This document shows, piece by piece, positions 23,556 through 36,509 of a DNA stretch of 64,000 bases. Where the stretch lies: contig NW_021831989.1 of NCBI RefSeq assembly GCF_006345805.1, positions 248,001-312,000 of the forward strand, in the 5' to 3' direction. Under the pieces are notes generated by a model. The model had not been told where the DNA came from, ran no database searches, and worked only from the letters and a program-made list of their open reading frames with translations. This DNA comes from Octopus sinensis. Taxonomy: Eukaryota. Position numbers and translations under genes: made by a program. Position 1 is the stretch's first letter; every line of letters starts with the position of its first letter.

Positions 23556-25824
23556 CTACTTTCCTTTTAACGTGTTTAATATACTATTTTTGACGAGTTT
23601 TCAATTTGCTAAATTTATTAAGTTTGAATTTGCAAGGTACCTACTAAGAAAGTGTGAAGGTGCAGTCTCCTTTATTCCTCACCATTTTTGGGCCAATCAA
23701 AAATTGGGGATTAAGAGAAATAATCAATATTGTATTTTTAATTGAAAATTTTTTTAATTTTAAAAAATCGCGATCTAAAGAAAAGTGTGGAGGTGCGGAA
23801 CAAGCGATGAGAGGATTGTGACTTTCTTGTCGCGAATGTGCAAATAATAATAATTCACTGCCACTTCTTTTAGGTAAGATAAGAAATTAAGCAATTCGTT
23901 AAATATTTTCAAGTTCATCAAAGCCTTTGAACAATTGTAGTATTTTAAATACTTGTTAAAGTTCATTTTTTCGAAACACTTTAGTTTTCTAAATGTTCCC
24001 ATCATCAAGAGAGTTCTTTTATCGAATTTAGTCATATTTGCAGAAAGCATTAATGAAACTCTGAAAATTTGCTAGAAAAATTTTTAAGTAATTTCTGTCT
24101 TGATCTGCGTTTTGTGCAGACTCTTTTTGAAGGAATAGTCCTGTAAATACGTTGGTTTTGTCAGCAAGCATTTCCGAACCATATTCATTTATTTTGATAA
24201 ATTATTTTTTTAATAATAAATTTTAATTTTTTTAATATTGGAACATGGCGAGTAAAGGAATTTGTCGAGCAATGCGATTTCTTTAGTAAAAATGGCATTT
24301 TTCCAAAAATTTGTGATTTATAGAAATTCCAATTGGCGAGCAATCGAGGGTAAACTGAACACGAATTATTTATATTAAAAAAATATTTTTATTTAATTCA
24401 ATATAAAAATGCACGTTGAAAAATATTTGTTTTTTAAATAAGTATTTTGGTGTTGTGATGCTTATCGTTTCGTCTCTAGTAAAATTCATTGTAAGTCTCT
24501 ACAAAGACCATTATCGATTGTATAATTTTTTAATATTAATAATATAGCAAACTTTGCAGAAATTTGGTTATTCTAGTTGCTATTTCGTGTTTTCTTCATT
24601 TTAATGACTTTTCAGAACTAACAAATTCTATGTGATTTTAACTTTTAATGATTGGATAATTTTTAATTCATTTGTTTTTTTCTTTTTAAAATTTTGGTTA
24701 AATTGAAATTCCATTGTATAATTTAGACAGATTTCTAATAATATATTTCATAGCTCAGAGTTGCGATTCTTTTGTATTAAGAAAGGTTAATTAACCTAAA
24801 AACATTGAAGCTTGATATTTGCTGATTTAAGTTAGGCTCAACAAAATTTAAATCACTTGCTTGCGACTAAATTTGTAATTACGCGTATCATTGCTTATGG
24901 ATCGAGAGACCGATATATCCTAGATTTTGTCGATTTAAAGCGATATTCTGCATAAAATGAAAATTATTCCTGGGTTATTATTTTTGAGTATAATCAACAG
25001 ATACTTGTTTTAATTGATTCTTTTTCTAAATTCGGTGTAGTAGAAAGTGCCGGTAACAAATCTGCAAATGAGATCCGCCCTCGCAAATATTGCCCTCGTA
25101 AATATTGTTAACCAGGCGAAAAAATGAAAACCGTAGAAGATGGAAGTACGACGAAATTGATTATAGAAAATGAAACACCTTAATACGTCACGACGAAGAC
25201 GTAAATGGCTAATAGAAAATATTTCCTATACAACCAAATTTTAACGAAAAGATATAAAGTAACAAATACTTATGGAGAAATGATCCTATTGATTAAGAAA
25301 CAGAAAAAAACATCGTGCATATAAGCCGGATTAAGAAGTCATAATTTTAATTTTCTTGATTTTTTGATTTTTGTTTTTTTATGAATTGTATCTTTACTTT
25401 CAGTAAGTCGTCTAGTGCCGGAGTGCAATTTTAGTTTTTTTATCAGCAAATTAATTTAGAAAAAAAGTTAACACAAAAACATGTTCTATTTTTAATGCCG
25501 CTTCACGGATCGTAAGACAAATATTTCTAATAATTGAAAATTAAAAATTTTTAATTGACATTTTTTAATAAATTTTATCGCTAAAAATAGTTTGGTTTAC
25601 TATTTTCCGTGAACTTTTAAATAAACTCGTAAAACGCTACGTTCAATTAATGATTTTGATGCTATATTGGTTTGCGGAAAAGCACAATCTCTTAAATAGT
25701 AAAGAAAAAATTAATAATTTTAGATATTTACTGAAGAGAACAACAAAAGAACTCCAGAAATGTGATTTTTATTAAAATTTATTTATATTTTAAAACCTCG
25801 CAGCTCTGGACTATGACAATACAT

Positions 25825-26992
25825 TATTATTATTATTATTTGCAACATACGTAGAATCATATTAGTTATAATTTTACTCGTGCAGCATTAAAAACAATCC
25901 TTTGAACCAGCCTCCTCCAACCTCCTCTGTCGTGAGCGAGTTTCCTCAGCTCGTCCAGATCCTCACCACTCCTTAGCCTTTTCTTCACACATTTCAGGTC
26001 TCCGTCAAGTGTTTCCGGCAGCGTAACACGTGGACGTCCACGGAAGCTCGATCCCTCTTTCAGGAAGTAGCCCTCCATTGCTATGTTAGCTGGGGCAAGC
26101 ATGTCCATTCGTAGAATATGGCCAAATAACCTCCACCGCATATTGACGATTTCCACACTCAGAGGGCCAGTTCTGCATCTATTGTATAGCGATTCCTGGT
26201 TGATTCTTATAGGCCAGTTCAATCCCAGTAGGGATCTAAGTTGCCTGCGGTGAAAAGAATCGAGTCCACGTTGTTCAGTACTAGACATTCCCCAGGTCGC
26301 CGAATTATATGTCAGGATTGGTTTGACAAAGGCTTCATACATCCTCAGACGAAGTGACGTACAGAGTCGTCGTTTGCCGATCCACTCTTTCTTTATCTTG
26401 TTCATCGTGGCCCAAGCGAGAGCCTTTCTTCTGACAATATCATGGCCGTCCCCAAGTAGAGAACCAAGTTTGTTCGTTTTGCGCCAGGCTTCACTTGAGC
26501 TGCTCTCCATCCTCATGATTTCAACGATGTCGGTTTTTCCAACGTTCATTTTAAGGAACCATCTGTTCAGCTCAGCAGGTGCCACTTCAAGGAGTCGAAG
26601 TAAGGCCGATTTGTCGTCTGACACGAAGTCGACGTCATCTGCATATACAATTTCGACGATATTGCCAGCATAGAATTTTCGAAGGTCTCGTAGTGCCGTC
26701 TCCAGATAGATCACGAATAGCAACGGCGAGAGGGCGTCTCCCTGAGGGGTACCGACGTTGCACGTGAATTCACGGGAAAACGCCGTGCCGACCCGCACCT
26801 TGAGCTTTGTGTTCGATAGTAGTACTCTTATCATATTGACAGAGTCAGGGTCCAGGAATTGTTCCAGTATTTTGAGGAGTAGACCACGGCGTACCGTGTC
26901 AAAGGCCCTAGACAGGTCTATTCCCAGGACTGTTGTTGCACTTTTGTATCTCTGGGTACATATATTCGACATATATTCGTATGTTGCAAATA
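25825..26992 (-). mobile_element. 5'-truncated RTE-like LINE with an open 377-codon RT frame, (TAA)n tail and 12-bp target-site duplication
   Basis: IDLSRAFD, GTPQGDALSP and YADD motifs; att repeats at 25822-25840; atgacaatacat at 25813-25824 and 26993-27004. Confidence 0.92.
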
Positions 26993-27109
26993 ATGACAAT
27001 ACATATATTCGTTTATTAGAAAATTTCCGTGATAAATAATTTACATAAATATTAGTTCACTTATTTAATTAATTTAAACAAGTACTTATTCACTTATTCC
27101 ATAAAAATA

Positions 27110-30100
27110 GATTAAATGTTAGTGAATTCGTTTTCATTGATTATTCCATCCGTGTGATTACTTGTGCAAATACCAATCGTCGACGGTTTTACCTCTGTGG
27201 AATTCTCTAGCGATTCCTCAGCGACTTTATGAGCCGACTTTGCAGAATTTATTAGACTAGTTAATTTTTCCATCCATCTAACAAAACTAGAATTACATTT
27301 ACGTTGATTTGAGACAATTTCTAGGAACTTCCAATTTATAAAGATGAGGTTCTGGTAATGATACGGGAATAAAAAATGTTTTATTTTCTAATTAGAAAAT
27401 GAGCTAATAATCTTACCAGAGGCGTCGTTTCGAGGCAAATACATCCACTCAATTCTTACTAATGATGGAAGAAATGATTTGGGTCCAACTTGAGGCTTAT
27501 ATGAGGGAGATTTCAAGCCGTATCGATTGTCCCAGACTCTCAATAAAAGCAAACTGTCGTCAAACAACAATCCCAGAACATCCAAACATTTTTTATCCAC
27601 GTGCCATACTAGATATCCCTCATAAATAAAAGTTTTGTCCATAAGTGACAAATTCTAGCAATTAGCTTCAAAAATGACTACTTTGTATTCCGAGAAATAA
27701 TTGTCCCCATTTTTAATATCTATCTTGTTGCTAATTTCCTCGATTCTCCTCGTATTCTCACACAGAGCGACTCCTTCGTTCACCATATCCAAAAAATTAA
27801 TTGCCTTTTCGTAAGCCTTTTCTGCAATTTCTTTTTCCTCTGCTTTAAATTAAAGTCTCAATGCGGAGTACCCTTATGATATTTGATCATTTGTTTTATG
27901 AGAAGAGGATATCTTGTGATTCGTTGCATCTCGGTCATTATAAGATCAGTAAACAACAACTTTCGACATACGGGATCTTTCTCAGCTTCCTGAAAGAATA
28001 CAGTCATTGAGTACCGTCATGAGGTTAAAAAACCGACTATCATTTCGATAAGTCACCCTAAACCGTTCCACCGAGAATTTCTGATCACGGCAAAAAAACG
28101 TGCACATGTAAATGAATTCGTCATCACTCATCTTAAACAAATTATAAAATAAATTACATTATCAATGAGAGTAGGACACAGAGATTGATCTAACTCGTCC
28201 AGGTGCGACACCAAGTCATTACAAAATTTTTCTACAAAATGAAAAGTATAATACCATGATGATATGTCAATTGGATGAGGTTTGGAAATAAAAGTTCAGT
28301 TAAACCAGCAAACGACAAATTTTTTACAATTTGGCTACGAAAGACGTAATTCAGTATTTTTAGATTCCGCAAATGTGTACGTTCAGTGTGAATAAACTCT
28401 AAATATCATTTATTTAAATCCACCGTTATTTACTTCAGCCAAAGACATTTCCGTTTTACTCAAATGGCCGTACTTGACTCGACAAATTGGCGGAAGTTCA
28501 GCGGGATATTCAATGTCAGGATCACTTTGATTTTCTTAAATCTGGAAACCTGATTGTGATATGATTCTTTTTTTTGATCGTATCGGAAGACGAAGAAGTG
28601 TTTGTTTGCGAAGGGACATTAAATCCGACGGTCTTCTTCTCAAATCCAACAATCACTGGTGTTCATCAAATAAACCATACCGTTCTTTTTTGCAAAACTA
28701 ATCAACGTGTTTCTTCGTTTTTGAGTGCAAATTGTAAGACAAGTCGACGATATACATTTTTGGTGAACGTTAATGAAACATTCTTGGGATAACAAATTGG
28801 AAACCCACGTGTGCAAGCACATCCTTGTGGTCCCGCACCGTACATCAATTTGTTGCAGAGTGAACATAGTTTCTCGGATCTGCAGTAAAGGTCATTAAAA
28901 ACGTGATTTTTTATCTATCGAAAACTAGTTAAAAGTAATTACTTTTCTAGGAAACTGATGTTGATGTTGATTTATGTTTCTAAGCATGATTTGTTCCTTA
29001 GGATGACTAAAGATCCCGACAGGGTTGTACCCAATGTGACCAAAAACAGTAACTATGACTGCTTTGATCTGATCCAACACAGATTTGTCACCCTCTGCTC
29101 TCCTAATAATTAGGGAAATGCAATTAAAGCGGAAAAGATTTCAAAAATACATAATGAGCATACTTTTCCGCGTTTTTATAAAATTGGCCAATCATTTTCT
29201 GGAGAAGGATATCTATCTCTAATTTTTTCATAGAAGGGAAAGCAACATCTGAACCATACTTATAGTTGTCTCCTTCAATATTTAACTAACAAAAACCGAG
29301 AATGCAGTCCTGGTAAAATTTTTCGCACATTTTATTTAGAGGATCCATAATCGCTTGTTTTAGACTGCCAAAAACGTTTTCCGTATTTCCTTTGTGTGTA
29401 TCGAAGAATTCAGTAAACGTTTCGTTGGTAAGATTTGGTTTTATAAGCAGAGGCTATGTCAATTTCAAATCATAACGGAATACTGCTTGTTCTGGATGGA
29501 GAAATACAGAATAAATCTCATAAGCTGCATATTCCAGATTTTTCAATTGAGTTTTACCAAAAATTGTTGTAATTACAAAAAATAGCTGCAATAGTCAGGT
29601 TGAAATACCATTGGATATAGTTGATCAGACTCACTTTGACAGTACAGTAAAAGAACAGTAAAATGAACTGGATTTGCCATGAGAAATGCGAATCCTCTGG
29701 ACGTGGTAAGCTATTTTTAAGATATAAAAATGTACAGAATAATAAGATTTTGTACATTTGGTAGAATTCTTTGACTTCTGTTTGGTTAGAAAATATAAAA
29801 GTACATCAAGGATAGTTGGAAATGATTCAAGACTGTTCGTCATGATCGAAGTAACGTTTCTCTGGAGGTTAATGGCTGATCTATTCTAAAAAATGATTTT
29901 AAAAAAGAAAAAAACTAATATTGAAAATCTCGATGTTTGATTTAAGTTTGATCCCAAAGAAGATGTCTAAAATGTAACTCAAAAGAGAACCTGATTAGCG
30001 ACTTTTATCGCTTTAATTTCGAATAAAAGAAAAGTACCACAACCTGAAAAAGTGTAAATAGAACAACGTTTAATTATGTCGACTACATTGGAAAAATTCT

Positions 30101-30322
30101 GCTGACTTAAATCTATTCCATTGACCTAATTCATGTAACGAGAGTAGTTACTTTTATTAGAGCATCTCCTACCGAGATCCCACTAGAATTGGCCGGACTA
30201 TCTACGATGTAGTCAACGATATTCATACCTGGAGCAATTTTTCGTACATAGGCTGGGTTTGATCCTGTGATTGTGAATCCTATAAACCCTTCCTCATCTT
30301 TCTGAATGACTACAATCTTCAT
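27110..30322 (-). CDS. PDZ-RH-DH-PH Rho guanine exchange factor (ARHGEF11/12, RhoGEF2 type); 3' end approximate
   Basis: N-terminal PDZ (VIQKDEEGFIGFTITGSNPAYV...GISVGDALIK|VNG), DH helices in the middle, and PH segment YEGYLVWHVDKKCLDVLGLLFDDSLLLL. Many short introns, not all parsed. Confidence 0.8.
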
Positions 30323-30641
30323 TCTAAAAAATACTAAGATGATAAATTTACATTTTAAAATTGTGACATAAAAGATTACAGTAATAAACTATTTGAAATT
30401 ATTAGGTTAGCCATGATTAATATATTATAAAAAAATAAATTTAATATATATTTTTGTTAACATAATAATATCTTGATGATAAAAGATTATCCCAAAATTA
30501 CTAACAAATTGTCTTTTGTATTATCATTAATAATATGATTAGTAAATAAAAATAAATTTCTATTAAATTTATTATAAAAATAAAACATTCATTAATTTTA
30601 ATATGAATAAATAAAATAAATTATTACTATAACTTGTCAAC

Positions 30642-31679
30642 ATGGCACGTAACTACATGTCTCAAGTTTTGGACGACTTACTTGGAAGAGACCGAAATTT
30701 GGACCCTTCTATAAATCTAGAAAGAAATTGGGACAGTCCAGACGTAAATAAGGTCTATAACTCAATGGATAGGTCTGTAAGCATTTTTTATGCAGTTTTT
30801 GTCCAAATGAGTTATTTTACAACACAAAAGCTAACTTTGGTAGATCTATCTGTAATATTATAGGCGTATGCGTCAAAGTTCACGACGAAGAACTCAAAAA
30901 GGCATATAAGAACTCTTCTTTGTACGGAACGAAAGGATATGAGCAGGATTTCCTCAGAGTCCTTCAAAATTTGATAGACGACGTGGAAAGGAAAATAAGA
31001 CTGGGCCAACAACGTCTTTCAGGCCCCACGAACATCCCCGTTTAGTTCTATCACTAACCACAGACCGAGGATGCTGATGGAATGATATCCGAGAAGGCCA
31101 GGGAGTTGGAAGAAGAGTTAGAAGAACTAAGCGAACGGGCCGACGATTTAGGGGCATCAGGAATGGTCGATGAGCTCCAACATGTCCTTCAAAGGATTGA
31201 AGAAATCAAAGAACAACGCTCAGAGTTGTCCCGTCCTGCAATATCTCCTTTAACTACCACAACCCAACAGAAGCCGATGGAGCTGTGTAAAGTGTGTGGG
31301 GCATATCTCGTGGTGGGAGACACTCCACAGAGAGTAGAAGACCATACGAACGGGAAACAGCATACGGGATATGCTAAAATAATATCATGTATTGCTGAGA
31401 TGAAGGCAAATGGGGTTGGAGTCAATAGGAGACCGCATTCTCCAAAGGCAGTGCCCCCACTGAGAAGAGATGATGGGAGGCTTCCATCGAGGGTAGGGAT
31501 TGGGGTTGGGAGTTTAGGGGAGACATGATGAAAGGAGACGGTCTCGGGAAAGGAGGCGAGGGGACAGTCGTGAAAGGAAGAGGACAGATTATAGCAGACA
31601 TTCTGATAGTAGGAGACATTCGAGAGGGCGACATGAAGAGTTTTATTCTGAAGAAAAACGTTCACGGCACCGAGTTTGA
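30642..31679 (+). CDS. LUC7L3: U1 snRNP-associated LUC7-like 3 (CROP) with RS-rich tail
   Basis: LDDLLGRDRNL, CKHFLCSFCPNELF, GYEQDFLR, CKVCGAYL...RVEDHTNGKQHTGY, and an RSRERRR tail. Confidence 0.9.
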
Positions 31680-32059
31680 GTTTTATTGTGATATTTGTTT
31701 AGTAATTTGTTGACTGGTTTTTTCTCAAACAATGTTTCGTGTCTTTATTAATCATAAAACTTCATTATTTAGTATTTATGTTAAGATAAATCGGATTAAA
31801 GAAAAAAATGGAAAAATAAGTTTATTATCCAAACTATATAGATTAGGAGTAAAACTACATTTTGAATGTTTGATTTTCACGTTGAATAATTAATATTTTT
31901 ACATGAGTGGAAATAACCAAGCTCTACAATTTATATTATCCTAACGTTTATTTTTTAACTGGTTAAAAGAAGTTGAATTGGGTGTCATTAATCTTAAACA
32001 GAAGAGATTATCTAAAATAGTTTCCATTTGTGCTTGGATTAACGTCTATTCCTTTTCTG

Positions 32060-32650
32060 CAGCAGGAACCTTGTTAGACCCAGTGTTTAAAAATCAAAAT
32101 TTCTTTTGACTCGGCCTGGACATTTGGCAGCCTCATCAATGCCGCTGTGGGGCTTATATAGACCGCAAAAGTCTACAACCGCTCTCTAGTCAAAAAAGCC
32201 CAGGGAGGATCCTCAGGCACGTTGAGCTAAACAGGATTTTAAAACGTCTGCTTGGGCAACCGACATCCCGTGGCGGCTGGAACCCTCAGGTCTCGACAGG
32301 GATGATGGCAAGAGGCCAGACGACATCTTGCTCTTTTCGTACAAGTGCGGTAAAGCGACATGCTCTGACACTTTTTCGTCAACATGCTTTTACACGTTTG
32401 CAATCGAAACCGACAGAGCTGCGACGAAATCTGAGATTCTCAAAACCAATAAATACAGATCTCTTTCTGACAGATAGATCTTCTAACCAGTGTCAGTCAA
32501 GGTACACTTGGACCATCAACACTTTGTTTCCTCATCGAAAGAGACCGCAACCTCAGAAGAATTAGAAACAACCGCCGCAAGCTCAATCGGCTTTTTGATC
32601 GTGTCTCAATAGCAGTTGTTAGAGGGAACAATTTCTCAATTCTCTTTTAT
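32060..32650 (+). mobile_element. CRE-like non-LTR retrotransposon 3' fragment
   Basis: LGLDIWQPHQCRCGAYID...RHVELNRILKR...LEPSGLDRDDGKRPD and terminal SIAVVRGN, with frameshifts. Confidence 0.7.
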
Positions 32651-32891
32651 GGTAGTTTGTTTCTTATTTAATATTTTTTCTTTTAAAAAAGTTCCCATTT
32701 AAAAAACAAAATTCCTGTACTCTGATTTTACGGCCTTAAAAGTTTTGCTGTATTTTATATCAGAATATAACAATCTTGGAAGCATTTGAGGAGAAATTAG
32801 AATTTCAGATAAAATCTGAACTTTCTGAAACAAAAGAAATTGTTTTTTTATTCATGTCATAATTATAATGATTTATATTTATTCTAAAATA

Positions 32892-32970
32892 TGAAATTTC
32901 TCGTATTGAAAAAATAAAAGAAAAAGAAGACCATTTCCCAATTCGTAAAAACCTCAAATTTTATTTAGAA
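32892..32970 (+). repeat. 79-bp dispersed copy of an internal coding segment of the EVG1-like gene
   Basis: Identical to 35482-35560 except for 2 substitutions. Confidence 0.9.
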
Positions 32971-33951
32971 TTCTGAATTCATAAAAATCATGAAAAGATT
33001 TTATTTATGCAAAAAGATTGTCGAAAAATGTTTGCTAGCATTTATAAATAATATTCCCAGACACATTATTTCAACTATCAAAGATTATTGTAACCACTTG
33101 TCGTAAATATAATTTGAATAATGACTCTATAACAGAGAATATAAAAATGTACAGAGGAGTCTGTCTTTGGGAATATTTTTTGAAAAATCATCGTCAAAAT
33201 AGCAAACAGAGCAAACTCAGAGACACTCCTCTCATACTTTGTATTGATAAAACTCGGAGTTTGAGTTTGAGAAGGCACCGAAGCTGGGGTTTATATACAG
33301 GATGAAAACAAGCCACTATACCAGTCTCTTTTGGAGACATTGGTCTGATAACTTCAGCTGACTCAGCACACTGAGCGTACTTCTCCTCAGTGCCCTCGTT
33401 TAAAGAATGATTTTTTTATTACAATAAACAAAAGATATGGATGATTTGGGAGAAACAGGGACTGACTATTCCATCCTGTTTAAAAACGAGTAGCCAGCCC
33501 CTGACAAAGAACTGAATACGTGTTCGACAAAGAATCTGTAAAGATTGGAATTTTTCTACGCCTTTGCTTATCGTATCGGCCAAACATTGATGACAAAGCG
33601 GAAGAAAGAACTTGGTTACCCCTCCCTCTCATGTCGTAAAAATTAGACGCTTTTTTCGACATAGCAAAGTAAATCGGATCATCCGTCGGTCATTCTGTAC
33701 TGCAGGATTCCACTAAAACTGGAACTTACAGAAATCTTATCCAAAAAATTTTGGCCATTTGAGATTATTTTGCTTATTTCCATCCTACTAAATAATTTAT
33801 TTGTTATTTAAATTATGAAATATTTTCATTTTATTATTCGAGATTTTTTTAATATTTATAAGAATTTAAATCACTGTCTTTTGTGGTGCCTAACCAATAC
33901 TTATTTTCTATAACAAGTTTCGATTATTAAACTAACAAATATTAGAAAAAA

Positions 33952-34707
33952 ATGGATATTATGTCTATTGACATTTACAATTTACTTGGAATATCATTTG
34001 ATTCGACTGAAAAGCAAATACGCCAGGCATATCGAAAAAAATGCCTAAAATGTCACCCTGACAAGTGTCCTGGGGATTCCAAGGCAGCAGAGGAGTTCAA
34101 ACGTCTTGGAGACTGTCTAGCACTTTTATTCGACCCTGTTGCCCGCTCCAAATACGACAGAATCCTAAAATCAAAAATTGAATTAGCTAAACGTCATTCC
34201 GAACGTGATTCAAAGAGGAAAATATTAATCCAAGACATTGAAAGGCGCGAAAAAGAAGCTCAAAATATCTCCACCAAGACACGTGACGAAATGGCACATC
34301 ACTCATTCATGGAACGAATAAGAAAAGAAAATGCAGCCATTTTAAAGGAAGAGAATGAACGTGTTGCTGGAATCCTCAAGGAAAATTTAGAGGACCAGTC
34401 CCCGATTGTCCAGGTCCAGTGGAACCCGAAGGACCAGGCTATTTTTACCGCGGAATTTATTCGTACCACGTTTTGTCGTTTTGGATGTGTGAAAAATATT
34501 GTTTTGGGATCGGAGAAAAAAAAAACTCGGAGTGCCCTGGTGGAGTTTGAGGGGAGTAAGTCTGTCAACATGTCCGGGATTGACCTATATGTGAGGGCGT
34601 GTCAATACGACATTAATCTTAAATGGCTTGTTTTGCCGAAGAGTAATGATTTGTCTCTTGAGGATTTTGAATCACGTGTATTCGCCAAGCTTAACTCTGT
34701 CCAGTGA
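33952..34707 (+). CDS. DNAJC17: DnaJ homolog subfamily C member 17 (J domain, coiled coil, RRM-like C-terminus), intronless
   Basis: YNLLGI...CHPDK...RSKYD, KRKILIQDIERRE, and FGCVKNIV...ALVEF. Confidence 0.9.
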   Translation: MDIMSIDIYNLLGISFDSTEKQIRQAYRKKCLKCHPDKCPGDSKAAEEFKRLGDCLALLFDPVARSKYDRILKSKIELAKRHSERDSKRKILIQDIERREKEAQNISTKTRDEMAHHSFMERIRKENAAILKEENERVAGILKENLEDQSPIVQVQWNPKDQAIFTAEFIRTTFCRFGCVKNIVLGSEKKKTRSALVEFEGSKSVNMSGIDLYVRACQYDINLKWLVLPKSNDLSLEDFESRVFAKLNSVQ

Positions 34708-34838
34708 CTTTTTTAATTAACTTACTTTCTTATTGTAACTTTGGTGGAATGATTTTGAATTACGTGTATTCGCCAAGCTTAATTCTGTCCAGTGACTTTT
34801 TTAATTAACTTACTTTCTTATTGCAACTTTGGTGGAAT
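34663..34838 (+). repeat. Tandem duplication of 88 bp spanning the last codons, stop and 3' UTR of DNAJC17
   Basis: gattttgaat(c/t)acgtgtattcgccaagcttaa...tccagtga...tttggtggaat at 34663-34750 and 34751-34838, with about 3 substitutions. Confidence 0.95.
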
Positions 34839-35221
34839 GTTTTTGGATTTTGGCTAAAAATGTAAGTTTTAAAAGTAGGAGTAGAATTGATTTTTTGAAT
34901 GACAGAATTTAGCTTTTTTAGCATTTTAATAAGGATTATCAGCTAGAATATGAACAGAATTAACAATCGTTTTCCGATTAGATTATTTCACTTGTAAAGT
35001 TCCATCTTGGGACCTTTGTTTTCATGTGTAATTAAAAATTGAATTTCCGAAATATGTGTGGACAGACAAAATTATATCTAAAAACTCTTATTTTAAAAAA
35101 TTGGTAGATAAAAATACAATTTTTGCAAATAAATAAAAAATGGAGATGTATTCAACTGATGGCTGTAAAAACCACATTTAATAGACATTATTCTAAATAA
35201 AAATTTATTCCCAAGGTGATA

Positions 35222-35885
35222 ATGGCGGATCATAAAGGTATGAATATTTGGAACTCACATATTCCAAAACATTCGCAGGAAACAGTCAATTTAATGAAAA
35301 GTAAAAATTATAAAACAATTTTAGTGCTCATAAACGAATCAAGGGTAGTTCCAGGAAATATGAAAACTATTCAGCTTCCACCGACAAAGAAAAGTTGTGA
35401 AAACAATACTGAAATTTTAGAGGAAATTTCGAAACAAAACCACACAAAAACTCATTTCAGACCCGGAAAAAGATCAAAAAGTGAAATTTCTCGTATTGAA
35501 AAAATAAAAGAAAAAGAAGACTATTTCCCAATTCGTAAAAACCTCAAATGTTATTTAGAACATAAAAAATTAAACTACAATAAAAACGAATTTATAAAAA
35601 TATTGGAAAATGATGGAAAATGCACAAATCAAAATACCAAATCGCCAATTCAAAAATTGCCAAAGGAAATTGATAGAGTCGACGAACGTAAAAACAATTT
35701 CCAACAATTTAGTGAAAACCGAAATCAAAGAACGAGAAGAATTCCTTGAGAAAATGAAAATTTTAAACCTCGATAAAAAATACAGTAAATTGATTTTTAC
35801 AGAAATTGCTCAAGTTTTTTATTTCTAAATATTATTTTAGAAAAGATACGAACTAGAAAATCTTGAAAAACAGAAAACTACCTAA
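35222..35885 (+). CDS. UPF0193/EVG1 (C22orf23)-like protein; 3 short introns
   Basis: HSQETVNLMKMLINESR and DELKTEIKEREEFLEKMKIL...YSKLIFTEIAQK parallel C22orf23 segments (CELLRVMMKESK; ELVKEIQERKEFL...ILAEISQK) as I recall them. Confidence 0.7.
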
Positions 35886-36509
35886 TAATTATTTTAATAA
35901 ATACATTTTTTACCCTGAACTATTTTAAAACACAATTCTAAGCAATCTTGGTTTATTCTAAGCATAAAAATGTTAATTCCAAATGTTTTTGACTAAAAAT
36001 GATGTAAATTTATCCTCAGAGAATGTAAAAATTTACAAGTTAATCAATTTATACAATGATCACGGATGACCTACAAACACGCTTTCTCAATGTAATTAAA
36101 TATTTCCTCTAAAATGATCGAGTCCTAGGCAGCACGACATCATCAGTCATGACCAAACATGTATAACACAATAACCAGGTTTACTAGATTTGTTTTCCAT
36201 TTCGTTTTATTCTTAGTCACGTAACACAAATCTCAGAATTCTCTCAACGTTTTAAACGCTTCCTGGTGCATTGGAGACTTTGTCAAAGACAAACGAGAAT
36301 GATAGTTGATGCATTTAAAAAAGTAATTTTTCATGTTTTTCAGTTTTATCTTTTCTTTTAATCAGTTTCGTCATTTCCGGTTTTTATGTCCACTTTTAGT
36401 GACCAGTCCGACAGCTGTCGGGTATCTTCTGAATTTTGATTTTGAGGTCTTTTTTATCATTGAAGACGAATTCAATATCATTTACTAAGCTTAGTTCTAA
36501 ATTAAATGT

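Noticed and set aside
23640-24200. Protein-like minus-strand frame downstream of ATAD3
   Set aside because: Many stops not removable as introns; at most a very old hAT dimerisation-domain relic, too weak to call.
25150-25345. Gypsy integrase C-terminal trace (VHISRIKK)
   Set aside because: A single short motif with no supporting frame or LTR.
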